DNA of 64,000 nt from Planctomycetota bacterium (GCA_965248445.1 CBDFJG010000003.1:1376001-1440000); one strand, 5' to 3'. Shown: positions 10,087 to 19,069, counted from the stretch's first letter. A program made the numbers and translations. Notes: a model not told the origin generated them from the letters alone.

Positions 10087-11342
10087 CGGCGTTTCTGGCT
10101 CTGCTGCGGCTGCGCCTACAGGAGGGCATCGCCGCGCGGCTGTGGCTCCTCGTTCCCGCGGGGTTCGTCGTCGGCCTGGTGGCGGCGCGCATCGCGGCGG
10201 GGGCCGACCTCGCAGCCCGCGCGGCCGCCGCGGACGGCCTTCTCATCGGGGGCGTGACCGCGCTGGTCGTGCTCGGCGTGGCGGTCCTCGCTGCGACGTC
10301 GTTCCCGGTCGAGATCCAGACCGGCGTCGTGAACGGCATTGCGTCCACGCCGGTCTCGCGCGTGACGCTGTTCGTCGCGGGCGCGCTGGGCCATGCCGTG
10401 CTCGGCAGCGTCCTGCTCGTCGGCGGAGTTCTAGCCGGCGTGCTGGGCCTCGAGGTCGGTGGTCTCGGGCAGGACGCGCGGACGCCGATCCGTGCGTTCA
10501 CGGCATTGACTGCGGAGGACGGCGCGAACACCGCGACGCGCGACAGCTCTCCGGCGAGCTTCGAACTAGCACTGACCCGCGCCGTTGCGGCCGAGGCGCA
10601 CGTCACCGTCCGGCTCGCTCCGCGCACGAAGTACGAGGGCGGTCCGTTCTTGCGTCGCGACAAGGTCAGCGTGCGACTGGTCGGCGCGGGCGGGGAGACG
10701 CGCACGGAAACGGTGGCGGCGTTCGCACCGGGCACGCCGTTCTCCGTGCAGATTCCGCTCGGCCCGGTGGAGCCGGGCGACGTCGTGCTCGAGATCGCAC
10801 GTCCGGCGGGTGCACTCGGGTTCGTGTTCCCGCCGGGAAGCGTGACCTCCGGCAGCGCACCGCGACGGTTCGCGACGAGTGCGCTGCTCGCAGCGCTCAC
10901 TGCCGTGCCGCTCGTGTTCCTCGCGTCGGTCCTCGCCTCAGTGACCGCCACCCGCTTCGGCGCACCGACTGCCGTGATCGTCACGCTATCCGCGCTCTTC
11001 CTCCATGCCGGTCAGGACATCCTGCGCGACTCGGCGGACCACGTGCTCGAGGTGCGCACCGCCGCCGCCGAGCACATGGAGGAAGTGGACGACCACGCCG
11101 GGCACGACCACGTGAGCGGTGAGGTCACCGCGCTTCACGGTGTCCTGGCCCGTGGCGCGCTGCTCGCCCTGGCGCCGGTTCCGCCCGCGGATGCCTTCGA
11201 CGGCGGGGGAGACCTGGCGTCCGGGGTGGCGCTCCGTGCCTCCCGGCCGCTGGGAGCCGCCCGCGCCGCCGCGCCCGCGTTCGTCCTGCTGCTCCTGGCC
11301 GGGTCGCTCCTGATCCGCGGCCGCGAGCTGGTCCCCCGTTAG
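10083..11342 (+). CDS. ABC-2-type permease with extracytoplasmic domain
   Basis: ATGA overlap with the ATPase; multiple TM helices; His/acid-rich loop. Confidence 0.75.
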   Translation: MTAFLALLRLRLQEGIAARLWLLVPAGFVVGLVAARIAAGADLAARAAAADGLLIGGVTALVVLGVAVLAATSFPVEIQTGVVNGIASTPVSRVTLFVAGALGHAVLGSVLLVGGVLAGVLGLEVGGLGQDARTPIRAFTALTAEDGANTATRDSSPASFELALTRAVAAEAHVTVRLAPRTKYEGGPFLRRDKVSVRLVGAGGETRTETVAAFAPGTPFSVQIPLGPVEPGDVVLEIARPAGALGFVFPPGSVTSGSAPRRFATSALLAALTAVPLVFLASVLASVTATRFGAPTAVIVTLSALFLHAGQDILRDSADHVLEVRTAAAEHMEEVDDHAGHDHVSGEVTALHGVLARGALLALAPVPPADAFDGGGDLASGVALRASRPLGAARAAAPAFVLLLLAGSLLIRGRELVPR

Positions 11343-11365
11343 CGACCGCGCGCGTGTCCCTTCGG

Positions 11366-11490
11366 ATCGCGTGGCGATCCTCGGCCACGCTTCGGGCGCG
11401 TGTCTTCCCTCCTACGCGTCCTCCGGACGCTACGGCGGGCTGCCGTCACGGCGCTTGCTCCGCAGCCACCGCGCCCTCGCGATCCGGGCT
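11366..11490 (+). repeat. Dispersed structured 3'-UTR repeat, copy 1
   Basis: GATCGCGTGGCGATC ... CCCTCCTACGCGTCCTCCGGACGCTACGG ... CCCTCGC.ATCCGGGC shared in reverse orientation with 53179-53318 and partly with 23241-23312. Confidence 0.8.
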
Positions 11491-11506
11491 CCAGCGCGAC
11501 GGCTCC

Positions 11507-11532
11507 GTAGGGGCGGGGTTCCACCCCCGCCC
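11507..11532 (+). repeat. GTAG-type REP
   Basis: GTAGGGGCGGGGTTCCACCCCCGCCC; exact reverse complement at 41776-41801. Confidence 0.8.
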
Positions 11533-11647
11533 GCGCGCTCGTGGCCGGGCCCCTCACCCCGTTGCTCGGCGTCCCCGACGCCGGCCTGTACCGTGTGCGG
11601 CTCGTGAAGGCGTCCGCCACAACGAGCGAGGCGCCGGGAGGTCTTCG

Positions 11648-12682
11648 ATGAACCGTGCCCTCGTCCTCATCGGTGCGCTCGCCTCGGCGGGCCTCGCCGT
11701 CTTCACCGCCGAGTCCGAAGCCAACTGGATCGCGCCCCCGGGCGGCAACCACCATCAACTCGGCCGCAGCGAGTGGCGGGTGCAGCGCGGCGCGACGGCC
11801 GTCGCGCCTGGCGGCGGAGTCGTCGATTGCTTCGACCCGAACAACCCGTTCGGTGGCGCCGACAACATCGGCGGGACCGTTCCGACCCCCGCGAACTCCG
11901 GCCCCGACGAGGGCAAGGGCCCGCCGCAGATGAACGGCGACGCTTCGACGGCCGCGGCCGGCGGACCCGAGAACCCCAGTACGACGGCACCCGAAGAGGA
12001 CAAGCCCGTACCGAAGCAGCGCGACCTGATCGAGGTCCGCGACTTCGAGATGTGCATGGTCACGCAGGCATGGGACGACAACTTCGGCCGCCACATCCGC
12101 GTGCACCTCGACGAAGAGGGAGTCATCTGGTGGATGGGCACGGACAAGAAGACGGAGATCCCGTCATCCGCCATCCTGCGCCGCAACCTCGATGCGAACT
12201 TCGGTTCGGCACTGATCATCGTGCCGCACCACTGGACCAACTGGCAGGAGGTGCAGGAGGCGATCGCGGCGGCGGGCAAGTCCGACGTCGAGGACTGCTT
12301 CATCGGAGTTGCCACGAAGGTGGCACCGACCGTGCTCAAGACGATTCGCGTCAAGCCGGCGACCGCGGACTTCCCCGCACCCGACGCGCCGTTCCAGATC
12401 CAGGTCAAGGGCGTGGACGAGAGCGGCGGCGCGCCGATCGTCACCATCAACGAGGTGAAGGCGGGCAAGGACTACGCGACGGACATCGCGATCGCGTGGA
12501 GCACCTACCGGCGCGAGCAGGGCGCAGTGGACACGAGCACCGTGGCGGCGACGCCGGTGATCCTCGACATCCACCGGTTCACCCCGATGCACCAGGCGGC
12601 GCAGGTGCTCGTCGTGCTGCGCGAGATCGGCATCCAGGCCGAGCGTTACACCGGTGCGATCTGGAAGCGCAAGCGCCGCTGA
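11648..12682 (+). CDS. Exported hypothetical protein, possibly with ExbD/TolR-like C-terminal domains
   Basis: GGAGG RBS before ATG 11648; signal peptide; segments such as PVILDIHRFTPMHQAAQVLVVLREIGI weakly resemble ExbD. Confidence 0.6.
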   Translation: MNRALVLIGALASAGLAVFTAESEANWIAPPGGNHHQLGRSEWRVQRGATAVAPGGGVVDCFDPNNPFGGADNIGGTVPTPANSGPDEGKGPPQMNGDASTAAAGGPENPSTTAPEEDKPVPKQRDLIEVRDFEMCMVTQAWDDNFGRHIRVHLDEEGVIWWMGTDKKTEIPSSAILRRNLDANFGSALIIVPHHWTNWQEVQEAIAAAGKSDVEDCFIGVATKVAPTVLKTIRVKPATADFPAPDAPFQIQVKGVDESGGAPIVTINEVKAGKDYATDIAIAWSTYRREQGAVDTSTVAATPVILDIHRFTPMHQAAQVLVVLREIGIQAERYTGAIWKRKRR

Positions 12683-12724
12683 GAACGCACCAACTCCCGT
12701 GAATCAGAGAGGCCGTGAATCAAA

Positions 12725-12758
12725 GAGGCCCGGCGTCGCATCGCGACGGCGGGCCTCT
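12725..12758. terminator. Hairpin between convergent genes
   Basis: GAGGCCCG-GCGTCGC...GCGACGG-CGGGCCTC stem. Confidence 0.55.
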
Positions 12759-12795
12759 CTGCCTCTCCCGAGGTTGCGCTTAGCGCAGACGCCAA

Positions 12796-12894
12796 TTACC
12801 GAAGACGCTTGTCCCGCCCGCGGCCGGGCTTACGCCCGTGGTTGGCTTTCTTGCTCCGCCAACCCATCTTCCCGATCCGTCTGCGCTTGGCCAT
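12796..12894 (-). CDS. Small basic protein, ribosomal protein bL37-like (32 aa)
   Basis: MAKRRRIGKMGWRSKKANHGRKPGRGRDKRLR; KANHGxxP motif; strong AGGAGGAGG RBS. Confidence 0.75.
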   Translation of the reverse strand: MAKRRRIGKMGWRSKKANHGRKPGRGRDKRLR

Positions 12895-13074
12895 CGGCAC
12901 CTCCTCCTGAGGGCCCGGGAGGGTAGCGGACGGCCTCCCGCGGGGAAGGAATCGAGGGGAGCGACCCTTCCGGCACCCTCGGGGGTTCTTGATCGTGGGG
13001 GGCGCGTGTCGATACTCCGGAGTCCCCGCGACGGAGCCCGGCCGGGCCCCTCGCGGGGAGCGCAGACAGCCTTG

Positions 13075-13148
13075 GGCGGCATGGCCAAGTGGTAAGGCAA
13101 CGGATTGCAAATCCGTGATCCCCGGTTCGAATCCGGGTGCCGCCTCCA
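13075..13148 (+). tRNA. tRNA-Cys(GCA)
   Basis: GGCGGCA/TGCCGCC acceptor stem, anticodon loop TTGCAAA, GGTTCGAATCC T-arm, encoded CCA. Confidence 0.97.
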
Positions 13149-13244
13149 ACGCGAAACCCTTATGGAGCAAGGGTTTGAGGCGACCCTCGCATCCGGCGAC
13201 CCCACTCCGTAGCATCTCTTGGGGAACGCCTGGGGGAACGGTTC

Positions 13245-14315
13245 ATGCCGAAAGAGGCCACGACGCACCTCTACTACCGCAAGGACCGCAAGGCCTGGTT
13301 TGTCCGCCTGCGAACGCCCGACCGCCACCACATACACCGCCGCGCCGGCAAGACCAAGGCCGAGGCCAAGCGGTTCGAGATCGCGCTCCTCGAGCGAGAG
13401 CGGGCGCGCGTCTCCGGCGCGATCACGCTGGGCGAGTTCCTCGGGCAGACCTACTTCAACGACCTCGTCCTGCGTGTCGCGGACAGCACCTACCGTGATC
13501 AGTCGCGACAGCTGCTCGAGGCCTCGGCCGCCCTCCAGGCGCCCATGTACGAGGTGACCGTCGTCCAGGCGCAGCGGTTCCTCGACGACCAGCTGCGCGC
13601 GGGCCGCGCGATTGCGACCGCGCATCGCTACCGCAGCGCGCTCTCGCGGTGCTGGACGGGTGCGCGCCGGCTTGAGCTGGTCACAGGGAACCCGTGGCGC
13701 GACGTGGAGCTGCCGCGGGAGCCGAGGAAGCCACCACGCTACCTGACGGAGTTCGAGCTCCGTGCGCTCTACAACGCAATCCCGGCGACCTACCGAGCAT
13801 CGGTGATCTTCATGGGGGAGACCGGCGCCGACGTGGGCGACACCCGACGCATGACGTGGGAGAACATCACCAGCGACTTCCGGTTCGCGACGTGGGTCCG
13901 CAAGAAGACGGGCATGGTGGTGAACTGCCCGCTGCGCCGGAGGGCTCGACACGCGCTCGTGTTGCGACATCGTGCGCGCGTGACGCCGATCGCGGGCACC
14001 GCGAGGATCTTCGCGCGCGGCGGAATCTGGACGACGCCCGGCCGGCCCTTGTGGCGAAAGGCAGTCGAACTGACTAACCATCCGAGCCTCCTGCGGAGGC
14101 ACCTGCGACATGTGCGCGCCTCACTCCTCGTGCAACGCGGAGTGCCAATTCCGTCCGTGGCGCGATGGCTTGGTCACACGTCGGTGCGGATGGTGCTGGA
14201 GCGGTACGGACACTTGGCGCCGACGGGGGAGATGGAACACGCTCTCGAGCTCTCTGAGCGAGCCGATCAATCCACTCGAGCACGTCGTACTCGTAGAACC
14301 TCCAACGCGACCTGA
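13245..14315 (+). CDS. Tyrosine recombinase/phage integrase
   Basis: RHLRH...WLGHTS..MVLERYGHL catalytic boxes; box I reads TGADVGD. Confidence 0.9.
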   Translation: MPKEATTHLYYRKDRKAWFVRLRTPDRHHIHRRAGKTKAEAKRFEIALLERERARVSGAITLGEFLGQTYFNDLVLRVADSTYRDQSRQLLEASAALQAPMYEVTVVQAQRFLDDQLRAGRAIATAHRYRSALSRCWTGARRLELVTGNPWRDVELPREPRKPPRYLTEFELRALYNAIPATYRASVIFMGETGADVGDTRRMTWENITSDFRFATWVRKKTGMVVNCPLRRRARHALVLRHRARVTPIAGTARIFARGGIWTTPGRPLWRKAVELTNHPSLLRRHLRHVRASLLVQRGVPIPSVARWLGHTSVRMVLERYGHLAPTGEMEHALELSERADQSTRARRTRRTSNAT

Positions 14316-14424
14316 GCCGGATCGCCGGGATCTCCCCGATCTGCGCCATGTCGCGGACGGTGCGCTGCGAGAACTGCAGCATCTCTGCCACGTCGGCGAC
14401 GGTCAGGAGGGCCGGTGTTGTCAT
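14074..14424 (-). CDS. Excisionase-like HTH (HTH_17) protein
   Basis: LLTVADVAEMLQFSQRTVRDMAQIGEIPAIRLRSRWRF; ATGA-coupled to the upstream gene. Confidence 0.85.
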   Translation of the reverse strand: MTTPALLTVADVAEMLQFSQRTVRDMAQIGEIPAIRLRSRWRFYEYDVLEWIDRLAQRARERVPSPPSAPSVRTAPAPSAPTCDQAIAPRTELALRVARGVRRAHVAGASAGGSDG

Positions 14425-14990
14425 CGGAGCGACCCTTTTCGCCTCGCTTCGTACCACTCGTCCACCCACCGGCGCGCGCCCCTGAGCGCGAGGCCATGCT
14501 CAGCAAGGAAGCTCTCCAGTTGCACCAGAGACACCTCCCCAAAGTTGTTCGCGCAGAGTAGGTCGTGAGCCGACGCGGAGAGGACATCGTCAAGCGTCTT
14601 CATGCCGAGCTTGAAGAAGACGTTCTTGCACCGCACCGAGAGCGGGAGGTCGAGAAGTGGCGTTGAGAGCGGTAGCGTCAGGGATGATCCGTGTCTCGCC
14701 GGATGCGCTCGCCCCGTGAGCGCGTGCAGCCTCTTGCGCAGCCGGTTGTTCTCGTGGCACACCACGCGGAACTTGCCCTCCCAGCGGTGGGCCGCGTCCG
14801 AGATGCGCGTCCGCCAGAGGGCCTCTCGCTTCAAGCCCGCGTCTAGCTCCTCGGCTCCCCTCCGCGCGTCATCAATGGTCGCGTTCGAGCAACGCCACGA
14901 GTGCCGCACCACGCGGTCATTGGGCATCGGCCCAACCATGCGATGGCATTCCTCGCAGCGCGTTCGACGGTTGTCGGCGACCACGCCCAT
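14421..14990 (-). CDS. Phage protein with C-terminal RNA polymerase alpha-CTD-like domain
   Basis: LDLPLSVRCKNVFFKLGMKTLDDVL...LLCANNFGEVSLVQLESFLAEHGLAL; N-terminal CxxC/H/C segment. Confidence 0.8.
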   Translation of the reverse strand: MGVVADNRRTRCEECHRMVGPMPNDRVVRHSWRCSNATIDDARRGAEELDAGLKREALWRTRISDAAHRWEGKFRVVCHENNRLRKRLHALTGRAHPARHGSSLTLPLSTPLLDLPLSVRCKNVFFKLGMKTLDDVLSASAHDLLCANNFGEVSLVQLESFLAEHGLALRGARRWVDEWYEARRKGSLR

Positions 14991-15409
14991 CACTCGCCCC
15001 GCTCGGAGTACGCCGGGTGCTCCGACGCCATGTGCCGCTTGAGGTTCTGGAACTCGCGGTCGCAGCACGGGCAGATGCCGTGCTTCACGCGCTTTGTCTC
15101 GTTCTTCTTGCGGGTGAGGTGGCCCTTGTAGGCGATGGCGCGGCGCTCTTGCCGGCGGGCCTCGTCGCGGGCGCTGTCGCGCTCGTCGCGGCGCCACTGG
15201 AGCTTCTGCTCGAGGGCCTTCTTCTCGCGCTCAAGGCGTGAGTTCGTGTCCTCGTGGTAGGAGATCGAGCAGCCGCGCGGGCAGTAGAACCCCTTGCCGG
15301 TGTTCTTCCGTTCCGCGTGCCAAGAGGATGGCAGAGCGAACCGGATCGCGCACGCGCCGCACGAGATGATCGTCAGCGTCGTCATGTCGGTCAGGGTCTC
15401 GTGGCTCAT
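14990..15409 (-). CDS. Phage Zn-binding coiled-coil protein
   Basis: CGAC...YCPRGC, coiled coil, C-terminal CPCCDREFQNLKRHMASEH (C2H2-like). Confidence 0.75.
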   Translation of the reverse strand: MSHETLTDMTTLTIISCGACAIRFALPSSWHAERKNTGKGFYCPRGCSISYHEDTNSRLEREKKALEQKLQWRRDERDSARDEARRQERRAIAYKGHLTRKKNETKRVKHGICPCCDREFQNLKRHMASEHPAYSERGE

Positions 15410-15501
15410 CCCTTCGTCCCTCCGTCCCCGTCCGGGGCGTCGTCCGCCAGCAGCGCGCGGAGCTTCGTGGCGCTGCACGTCCTGTAGCGCATCCCGCCCG
15501 T

Positions 15502-16249
15502 CGGGACGTGTCAACGACTTTGAGACACCGCGTCTTCGAGTTTAGTGAGCAGCCTCCTGTGTCGCAGTCTCCAGCGCCGCGAGTTCCCGGGCCGGCGGGT
15601 TGATCCACGTCTCGGTCGGCAGAGCCGGCGGCGTCGGCGCACGGCGCACGAAGCGCTCGGGATGCGCCGCGTACGCGGCATCGAGCACGACCGAGCGCGC
15701 GGCGACGGCCGCTTCGGCGCGGCCGTAGTGCACGGTCTCGGGCGTCAGCAGCCCGAGACTCGAGTGACGATGCTCGCGGTTGTACCAGTGGAAAAAGGCG
15801 CGGCAGTGCGCCCGCGCGTCCTCGATGCAGCCGAAGCGCGCTGGGAAGTCCGGCCGGTACTTCAGCGTGCGGAATTGGCTCTCGGAAAACGGATTGTCAT
15901 TCGACGTGTACGGCCGGCTGTGCGACTTCGTCACGCCGAGATCGGCGAGCAGAAAGGCCACCGGCTTGCTGATCATCGGCGGCCCCCGATCGGAGTGGAT
16001 CGTGAGCTGCTCCGCCGCGATCCCCTGCTTCTCGCAGGACTGCTCGATGAGTGCCGTCGCCAGCGCACCGCTCTCGCAGTCCGCCAGCATCCAGCCCACG
16101 ACGTTGCGGGAGTAGATGTCGAGCACGACGTAGAGATAGAAGTAGCTCCACTTCACCGGGCCGCGGAGCTTGGTGATGTCCCAGCTCCAGACCTGGTTCG
16201 GGGAGGTCGCGAGGAGCTCGGGCTTCTTGTACGCGGGATGACGCAGCTG
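15502..16249 (-). mobile_element. Partial IS3-family copy (3' 748 bp, inverted)
   Basis: Reverse complement of 17143-17890; abuts the left end of the full copy. Confidence 0.9.
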
Positions 16250-16321
16250 CCCTCTGTGCCAACGTGGCTGAGACACCGACCCCACGGATGATTACTGTGC
16301 AGGGCGGTGGAGGAACCAGCG

Positions 16322-16825
16322 ATGACGAACAACCACAACACAGCGCCGGGGGAGATCCCGGAGCCGAGGGAGGGCGAGCATAGCGAGCGCGATCGAGGCG
16401 GAGGGGGCTCCCCCGGGGCGCGCGGCCCGGGGGACGTTGGGGTGCGCGACCCCGAGGTCGTGCCGCGCGCCTCGCGGCGGCGCTTTGGCGCCGCGTACAA
16501 GCTACGGATCATCGAGGCGGCGGACGCGTGCACGAAGCCCGGCGAGATCGGCGCTCTCTTGCGCCGTGAGGGGCTGTACTCCTCGCACTTGTTGACGTGG
16601 CGGCGCGCGCGGGACCAGGGCCAGCTCGAGGCGCTCTCGCCCAAGCGGCGTGGTCCCAAGCCCGATCCGGACCGTGCGCTCAAGAAGCGCAACGAGCAGC
16701 TCGAGCGCGAAGTCGCCCGTCTCGAGAAGCGGCTCGAGACGGCCGAGGTGATCATCGACGTGCAGCGAAAAGTCTCACGGCTGCTGGGCATCGAGATGCC
16801 CGAGACGAGCGGGAGCGACACGTGA
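16322..16825 (+). CDS. IS3-family OrfA
   Basis: RRRFGAAYKLRII...GEIGALLRREGLYSSHL..WRR plus leucine zipper; A_AAA_G near 16768 is positioned for a -1 shift into the OrfB frame. Confidence 0.9.
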   Translation: MTNNHNTAPGEIPEPREGEHSERDRGGGGSPGARGPGDVGVRDPEVVPRASRRRFGAAYKLRIIEAADACTKPGEIGALLRREGLYSSHLLTWRRARDQGQLEALSPKRRGPKPDPDRALKKRNEQLEREVARLEKRLETAEVIIDVQRKVSRLLGIEMPETSGSDT

Positions 16826-17850
16826 TTGCGGCGGAGGAGCTGGGGGGACGCGTGGGCGTCGCCCCCGCGTGCCGCGCGCTCGGAGTCACGCGCGCCACGC
16901 TCTATCGGCGCCGAACGGCACGCACGTGCCCCCGGCCCCAGCAGCCGCGCCGGCGCTCGCCGCGCGCCCTCACGATCGACGAGCGTCTTACCGTACTCGC
17001 GGTGCTGAGCGAGGAGCGCTTCTGCGATCTGTCACCGCTTGCGGCGTGGGCGATCCTGCTCGACGAGGGACGCTACCTGTGCTCGGTGCGCACGATGTAC
17101 CGCATCCTCGGTGCGGCTGGTGCTGTGCGTGAGCGCCGCAACCAGCTGCGTCATCCCGCGTACAAGAAGCCCGAGCTCCTCGCGACCTCCCCGAACCAGG
17201 TCTGGAGCTGGGACATCACCAAGCTCCGCGGCCCGGTGAAGTGGAGCTACTTCTATCTCTACGTCGTGCTCGACATCTACTCCCGCAACGTCGTGGGCTG
17301 GATGCTGGCGGACTGCGAGAGCGGTGCGCTGGCGACGGCACTCATCGAGCAGTCCTGCGAGAAGCAGGGGATCGCGGCGGAGCAGCTCACGATCCACTCC
17401 GATCGGGGGCCGCCGATGATCAGCAAGCCGGTGGCCTTTCTGCTCGCCGATCTCGGCGTGACGAAGTCGCACAGCCGGCCGTACACGTCGAATGACAATC
17501 CGTTTTCCGAGAGCCAATTCCGCACGCTGAAGTACCGGCCGGACTTCCCAGCGCGCTTCGGCTGCATCGAGGACGCGCGGGCGCACTGCCGCGCCTTTTT
17601 CCACTGGTACAACCGCGAGCATCGTCACTCGAGTCTCGGGCTGCTGACGCCCGAGACCGTGCACTACGGCCGCGCCGAAGCGGCCGTCGCCGCGCGCTCG
17701 GTCGTGCTCGATGCCGCGTACGCGGCGCATCCCGAGCGCTTCGTGCGCCGTGCGCCGACGCCGCCGGCTCTGCCGACCGAGACGTGGATCAACCCGCCGG
17801 CCCGGGAACTCGCGGCGCTGGAGACTGCGACACAGGAGGCTGCTCACTAA
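16822..17850 (+). CDS. IS3-family OrfB (DDE integrase core)
   Basis: PNQVWSWDIT, LDIYSR.VVGW, IHSDRG, NDNPFSESQFRTLK, YNREHRHSSL. Confidence 0.95.
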   Translation: MIAAEELGGRVGVAPACRALGVTRATLYRRRTARTCPRPQQPRRRSPRALTIDERLTVLAVLSEERFCDLSPLAAWAILLDEGRYLCSVRTMYRILGAAGAVRERRNQLRHPAYKKPELLATSPNQVWSWDITKLRGPVKWSYFYLYVVLDIYSRNVVGWMLADCESGALATALIEQSCEKQGIAAEQLTIHSDRGPPMISKPVAFLLADLGVTKSHSRPYTSNDNPFSESQFRTLKYRPDFPARFGCIEDARAHCRAFFHWYNREHRHSSLGLLTPETVHYGRAEAAVAARSVVLDAAYAAHPERFVRRAPTPPALPTETWINPPARELAALETATQEAAH

Positions 17851-18059
17851 ACTCGAAGACGCGGTGTCTCAAAGTCGTTGACACGTCCCGGCACCCATAC
17901 TCCGCGCAGCATTGTCCGATCCCAGTGGGCGGCGTGGAGCGGACTGCGTTCAGGGCGGCGAAGTAGTCCTGTACGTCACCCTCGCGGCCTTGTATCCGCA
18001 GGGTATCCTCCAACACGTTCAGCACGTCGCCGCGCCGGATCAGGTCGTCGGCGCGGGGG

Positions 18060-18389
18060 TCAGGCATCGGAAGCCTCGGCCGCCCACGCCTCTACGGATT
18101 GCCACCTTGCGACGCGCTCGGTCCGATCGGTGAGGGTGGTGTAGTAGATGCTCGTCTTGCTGTGCGTGTTGTGGATGCGCGTCACACGGTGCTCGTGAAT
18201 GTCCTCCACGTCGTACTCGTGTCCGTCGAAGTGCGCAACGTCGTCGGCATCGAGTGGCGCGCCCTGCACTCCGCTGAACACGACGCTTCCAACAACAACG
18301 TCACCGTCAAGCGCGACCTGGATCACCTCCTCACGGGTTCCCTCTTCGGAGAAGAACCGCTCACCGTCCGTCGAGTGGCAGAACTTCAT
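18060..18389 (-). CDS. Phage hypothetical protein
   Basis: MKFCHSTDGERFFSEE...; overlaps both neighbours as in a coupled operon. Confidence 0.6.
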   Translation of the reverse strand: MKFCHSTDGERFFSEEGTREEVIQVALDGDVVVGSVVFSGVQGAPLDADDVAHFDGHEYDVEDIHEHRVTRIHNTHSKTSIYYTTLTDRTERVARWQSVEAWAAEASDA

Positions 18390-18529
18390 CGGCACGTACT
18401 CCCATGCGGCCAGCAGGGCACGCAGGTGGTCCGGTAGGGCGCGTAGCTGCAGCAGCCGGACGTGAGGACCGCCATGACCAGGCAGAACACGAACCACACG
18501 AGCGCAGCGACAGCGATGGCCTTCTTCAC
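18386..18529 (-). CDS. Small Cys-rich lipoprotein (47 aa; absent from ORF track)
   Basis: MKKAIAVAALVWFVFCLVMAVLTSGCCSYAPYRTTCVPCWPHGSTCR; GTGA and ATGA overlaps on either side. Confidence 0.65.
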   Translation of the reverse strand: MKKAIAVAALVWFVFCLVMAVLTSGCCSYAPYRTTCVPCWPHGSTCR

Positions 18530-19059
18530 ACGCACACCAGCTTCCCGCCACGCTCCACGATCTCGACGCAGCCGGTCGGCGCGCGTTCGTCCGCACCGAT
18601 GGCGAGGAGTTCGTCCAGCAGCATGAAGCCGAAGCGCGCGGCGGCGGCGGCGGCGTTGGCGGCGGCGCGAGCCGTCACCTCACTGGTCACTTCCTCCAAC
18701 GCCTCCAGGCGCTCGGCTTGCGCGGTCATGCCCTGAGTTCGGAGCGCCGCAGGCGCGAACACGCGGACCGCGAGGTCCACCGCCCGGTACATGCGCCGCA
18801 TCTTGACGGCGTGCGTCGATCGCGTTCCCGCAATCCGAGGGATGTAGTCGATGAGCTTCTGTCGGTCGGTGTCGCTGAGCCGGTCGTTCACGCTCTGCGC
18901 GACGCGTGTGATGATCGGACAGGCGCACTTCGGGTGGTCCGAGAACGGCTCCCCGACGATGTAGCTCACCGCTTCCATGACGCACACGCCCTTGCTCGGA
19001 TCGGAGTGCGCACCCGTGTCCAGGCGCAGGGTCAGTAGTTCGAGTTCTCGTGTCAGCAT
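18526..19059 (-). CDS. Conserved phage hypothetical protein
   Basis: GAH.....GVCVMEAVSYIVGEPFSDHPKCACP...VNDRL.D..RQKL; AAGGAG RBS before ATG 19059. Confidence 0.75.
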   Translation of the reverse strand: MLTRELELLTLRLDTGAHSDPSKGVCVMEAVSYIVGEPFSDHPKCACPIITRVAQSVNDRLSDTDRQKLIDYIPRIAGTRSTHAVKMRRMYRAVDLAVRVFAPAALRTQGMTAQAERLEALEEVTSEVTARAAANAAAAAARFGFMLLDELLAIGADERAPTGCVEIVERGGKLVCV

Positions 19060-19069
19060 CGGTCTCTCC

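Larger units (their letters stand above)
16250..17890 (+). mobile_element. IS3-family element, full copy (1641 bp)
   Basis: Ends CCCTCTG-TGCCAACGTGGCTGAGACACC and GGTGTCTCAAAGTCGTTGACA-CGTCCCG; matches 19618-21258 in reverse. Confidence 0.95.
15406..18067 (-). pseudogene. Small phage gene (about 90 aa) split by the IS3 fold-back structure
   Basis: 18067-17891 (MPDPRADD...CCAEYGC) joins in frame to 15501-15406 (TGGMRYRTCSATK...GTKG*), whose stop is ATGA-coupled to the next gene. Confidence 0.6.
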
